From assembly GCA_965209085.1 (NCBI GenBank), contig OZ242376.1:427628-459627 (forward strand): 32,000 nucleotides of DNA, given 5' to 3'. The DNA is from Nitrosopumilaceae archaeon (GTDB lineage: Archaea > Thermoproteota > Nitrososphaeria > Nitrososphaerales > Nitrosopumilaceae). The translations under genes and the position numbers were made by a program. Positions 29,975 to 32,000 of the stretch are shown here, one piece after another; the first letter of the stretch is position 1, and every line of letters starts with the position of its first letter. Below the pieces are notes generated by a model. It was not told where the DNA came from. It saw nothing but the letters and a program-made list of their open reading frames with translations, and did not search any database.

Positions 29975-30983
29975 GATATCAATGATAACTGGCGATGGAA
30001 TAGGTCCAGAGCTTGCAGATTCTGCCTCTGCTGTAATAAAAACACTGGATGAAAAACTTGGAATAAAAATCACCCTTGCAAAGCTTGCAGCCGGCGATGC
30101 GGCCCTAAAAGATCTTGGATCAGCTCTGCCAAAAGAGACCCTGGATAGTATAAAAAATTCCGATGCGTGCCTAAAGGCGCCCGTGGGGGAGAGTGCTGCA
30201 AAAGTAATAGTCGTATTGAGGCGCAAACTTGACCTGTATGCAAACCTGCGTCCTGCAAAATCCCATCCTGGAACTGCGGCATTGCGCGATGACATTGACC
30301 TGCTGGTGGTGCGCGAGAATACTGAAGATCTTTATTCCGGACACGAAATTGACCTGGGCGATTCTGCAGTCGCACTGCGCATAATTTCAAAAAAAGCATC
30401 ACTGCGCATTGCAAAAAACGCATTCGAGTCAGCAGTGCGCCGCTCAAAAGAAAACCCGCTTGTAACGTGCGTCCACAAATCAAACGTAATGCCCATAACG
30501 GATGGAATATTCCGCAACGCCTGCTCGCAGGTTGCAAAAAAATATCCAAATGTGCGCCTTGAGCAAATGTACGTGGATGCGTGCGCCATGAACCTCATAC
30601 GCCGGCCGCATGAATTTGACGTCATTGTAACAACAAACATGTTTGGCGACATACTCTCAGATGAGTCATCGCAGATTGTAGGCGGGCTTGGAATGGCACC
30701 GGCTGCAAACGTCGGCGATGACTTTGCACTCTTTGAGCCAGTACACGGGGCAGCTTTTGATATTGCCGGAAAACAGGAGGCAAACCCATCCTCTTTCATA
30801 CTCTCAGTAAAAATGATGCTAGAGTGGCTCTCATCAAAGCACGGCGATGATGCATGCCATACGGCTGCATCAAAGCTTGAAAATGCCGTATACGGGGCCG
30901 TACGGGACGGGGCAAAAACTGTGGATATTGGCGGCTCGATGAGCACAGTTGAATTTACCGGCGAGGTATTGCGCAGAATCTAG
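29967..30983 (+). CDS. leuB: 3-isopropylmalate dehydrogenase (short archaeal type; beta-decarboxylating dehydrogenase family)
   Basis: GDGIGPE, NLRP, VRENTEDLYSG, NMFGDILSDE, EPVHGAAFDIAGK. It overlaps the end of leuA by 8 nt. Confidence 0.85.
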   Translation: MYEISMITGDGIGPELADSASAVIKTLDEKLGIKITLAKLAAGDAALKDLGSALPKETLDSIKNSDACLKAPVGESAAKVIVVLRRKLDLYANLRPAKSHPGTAALRDDIDLLVVRENTEDLYSGHEIDLGDSAVALRIISKKASLRIAKNAFESAVRRSKENPLVTCVHKSNVMPITDGIFRNACSQVAKKYPNVRLEQMYVDACAMNLIRRPHEFDVIVTTNMFGDILSDESSQIVGGLGMAPAANVGDDFALFEPVHGAAFDIAGKQEANPSSFILSVKMMLEWLSSKHGDDACHTAASKLENAVYGAVRDGAKTVDIGGSMSTVEFTGEVLRRI

Positions 30984-32000
30984 GGCCGGAGCCTGTCCGG
31001 ATCCCTTGGGTATAGCACACTCTCGCGTACATTATCCGTTCCTGTCAGCACCGATACAAATCTGTCAAGTCCAAGCCCCCATCCTGAATGTGGCGGCATG
31101 CCCCACTCAAATGTCTCAAGATGATCCGCGAAATTTTCCGGATTCAAACCCTGCTCTATCAGACGCTCTTTGATTGCCTCAGGATCATGCAGCCGCGTTC
31201 CCCCAGATGAGAGCTCCAAATGCCCAAACTGCAAATCAAAAGAGCGCGAGAGCTCCCCCTCTTCGTCTTTTTCGCGTATGTAGAAAGGTTTTAGCTTTAG
31301 CGGCCAGTCTGTTAGAAAATAAAATCCCGGATGGATTTTACCGGCGGTGCGAAGATGCGCATCCTGCAAATCATCTCCGAATTTTAAATCCTCCCCCTCT
31401 GACTGTAACTCCTCTACCAGCTGCGAGTATGTCACCTTTTCAAATGGCCCCTTTGGAGGCGTAATCTGCATACCTAGCGCCTTTTGTTCAACGGTACAGT
31501 TTTCTGACACGTACGAATACGCACAAAGTACAATTTTTTCAAGCACGTCCATTACATCCGTATAATCCATGAATGCCGCTTCAATATCTACAGAGGTAAA
31601 TTCTGTCAGGTGCCTTCCCGTGTGGGAGTTTTCTGCGCGGTAAAAATTTGCAATCTCATATACGCGCTCAAGCCCGAGCGTCATCTGCTCCTTGTACAGC
31701 TGCGGACTTTGTGCCAGGTATGCTGTCTCTCCAAAGTATTCAAGCGAAAACAGGTTTGCTCCACCCTCGCTTGCACTCGCAATAATTTTTGGAGTGGTTA
31801 TCTCTAAAAATCCCTCCTTTTCAATCGTATCCCGTATGGAATGCAGCGCATGGTGTCTAATTTTGAATATGGCCGCAGTCTTTTGATTTCTCATGTCAAG
31901 TGCCCTAGCATTAAGCCTGTTGTCTATGCCGCTTTCTTGCCGTCCAAGCGGGTCAACTGGCAGTTTGCGCGATGCTTGCGCCAAAACGGTTATCTTTTTT
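30980..32000 (-). CDS. aspS: Aspartyl-tRNA synthetase (archaeal type), N-terminus beyond the window
   Basis: Class-II motifs FRAENSHTGRHLTEF and GWGLGLDRFV, and a C-terminal YPRDPDRLRP. The frame stays open upstream of the tracked TTG to the window edge. Confidence 0.93.
   Translation of the reverse strand, partial: KKITVLAQASRKLPVDPLGRQESGIDNRLNARALDMRNQKTAAIFKIRHHALHSIRDTIEKEGFLEITTPKIIASASEGGANLFSLEYFGETAYLAQSPQLYKEQMTLGLERVYEIANFYRAENSHTGRHLTEFTSVDIEAAFMDYTDVMDVLEKIVLCAYSYVSENCTVEQKALGMQITPPKGPFEKVTYSQLVEELQSEGEDLKFGDDLQDAHLRTAGKIHPGFYFLTDWPLKLKPFYIREKDEEGELSRSFDLQFGHLELSSGGTRLHDPEAIKERLIEQGLNPENFADHLETFEWGMPPHSGWGLGLDRFVSVLTGTDNVRESVLYPRDPDRLRP

Noticed and set aside
30332-30946. 204-aa minus-strand ORF inside leuB
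   Set aside because: It is an antisense shadow of a conserved dehydrogenase gene and carries no motifs.

Overview
This window looks like chromosomal DNA from an ammonia-oxidising thaumarchaeon (Nitrosopumilales-like). Three things support that: a 16S 5' end reading AATCCGGTTGATCCTGCCGGACC, a 16S-23S operon with no tRNA in the spacer and no linked 5S, and TATA-like boxes about 25-30 nt upstream of start codons, which suggests mostly leaderless mRNAs. No database search was possible, so every call rests on motif recognition by eye. Most of the window is core genome: aEF-2 (5' partial), purP, a 3-hydroxyacyl-CoA dehydrogenase, the rRNA operon (about 14226-18850), ilvB-ilvN-leuA-leuB and aspS (partial). 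I found no CRISPR array, transposase, integrase, tRNA or obvious defence island. The less ordinary content is lineage-specific. (1) Three paralogous small Roadblock/LC7-like proteins: two flank an untracked 43-aa zinc-ribbon ORF just 3' of the rRNA operon, and the third is apparently co-transcribed with a PIN-like/Mut7-C-like nuclease domain. (2) A same-strand array from 20196 to 26166: a stand-alone RAM domain, a TrxR-like flavoprotein with degenerate NADPH motifs, a membrane-anchored LivJ-like binding protein, UspA, and a tandem double LivJ-like binding protein. No ABC permease or ATPase is present, and the array sits directly upstream of the ilv/leu genes. (3) Several domain fusions (CBS-TrkH, J-domain-ferredoxin) and small zinc-finger or RHH ORFs. 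I cannot show that any of these is a new system. The binding-protein/RAM/TrxR-like array and the Roadblock-like family are the best candidates for follow-up.
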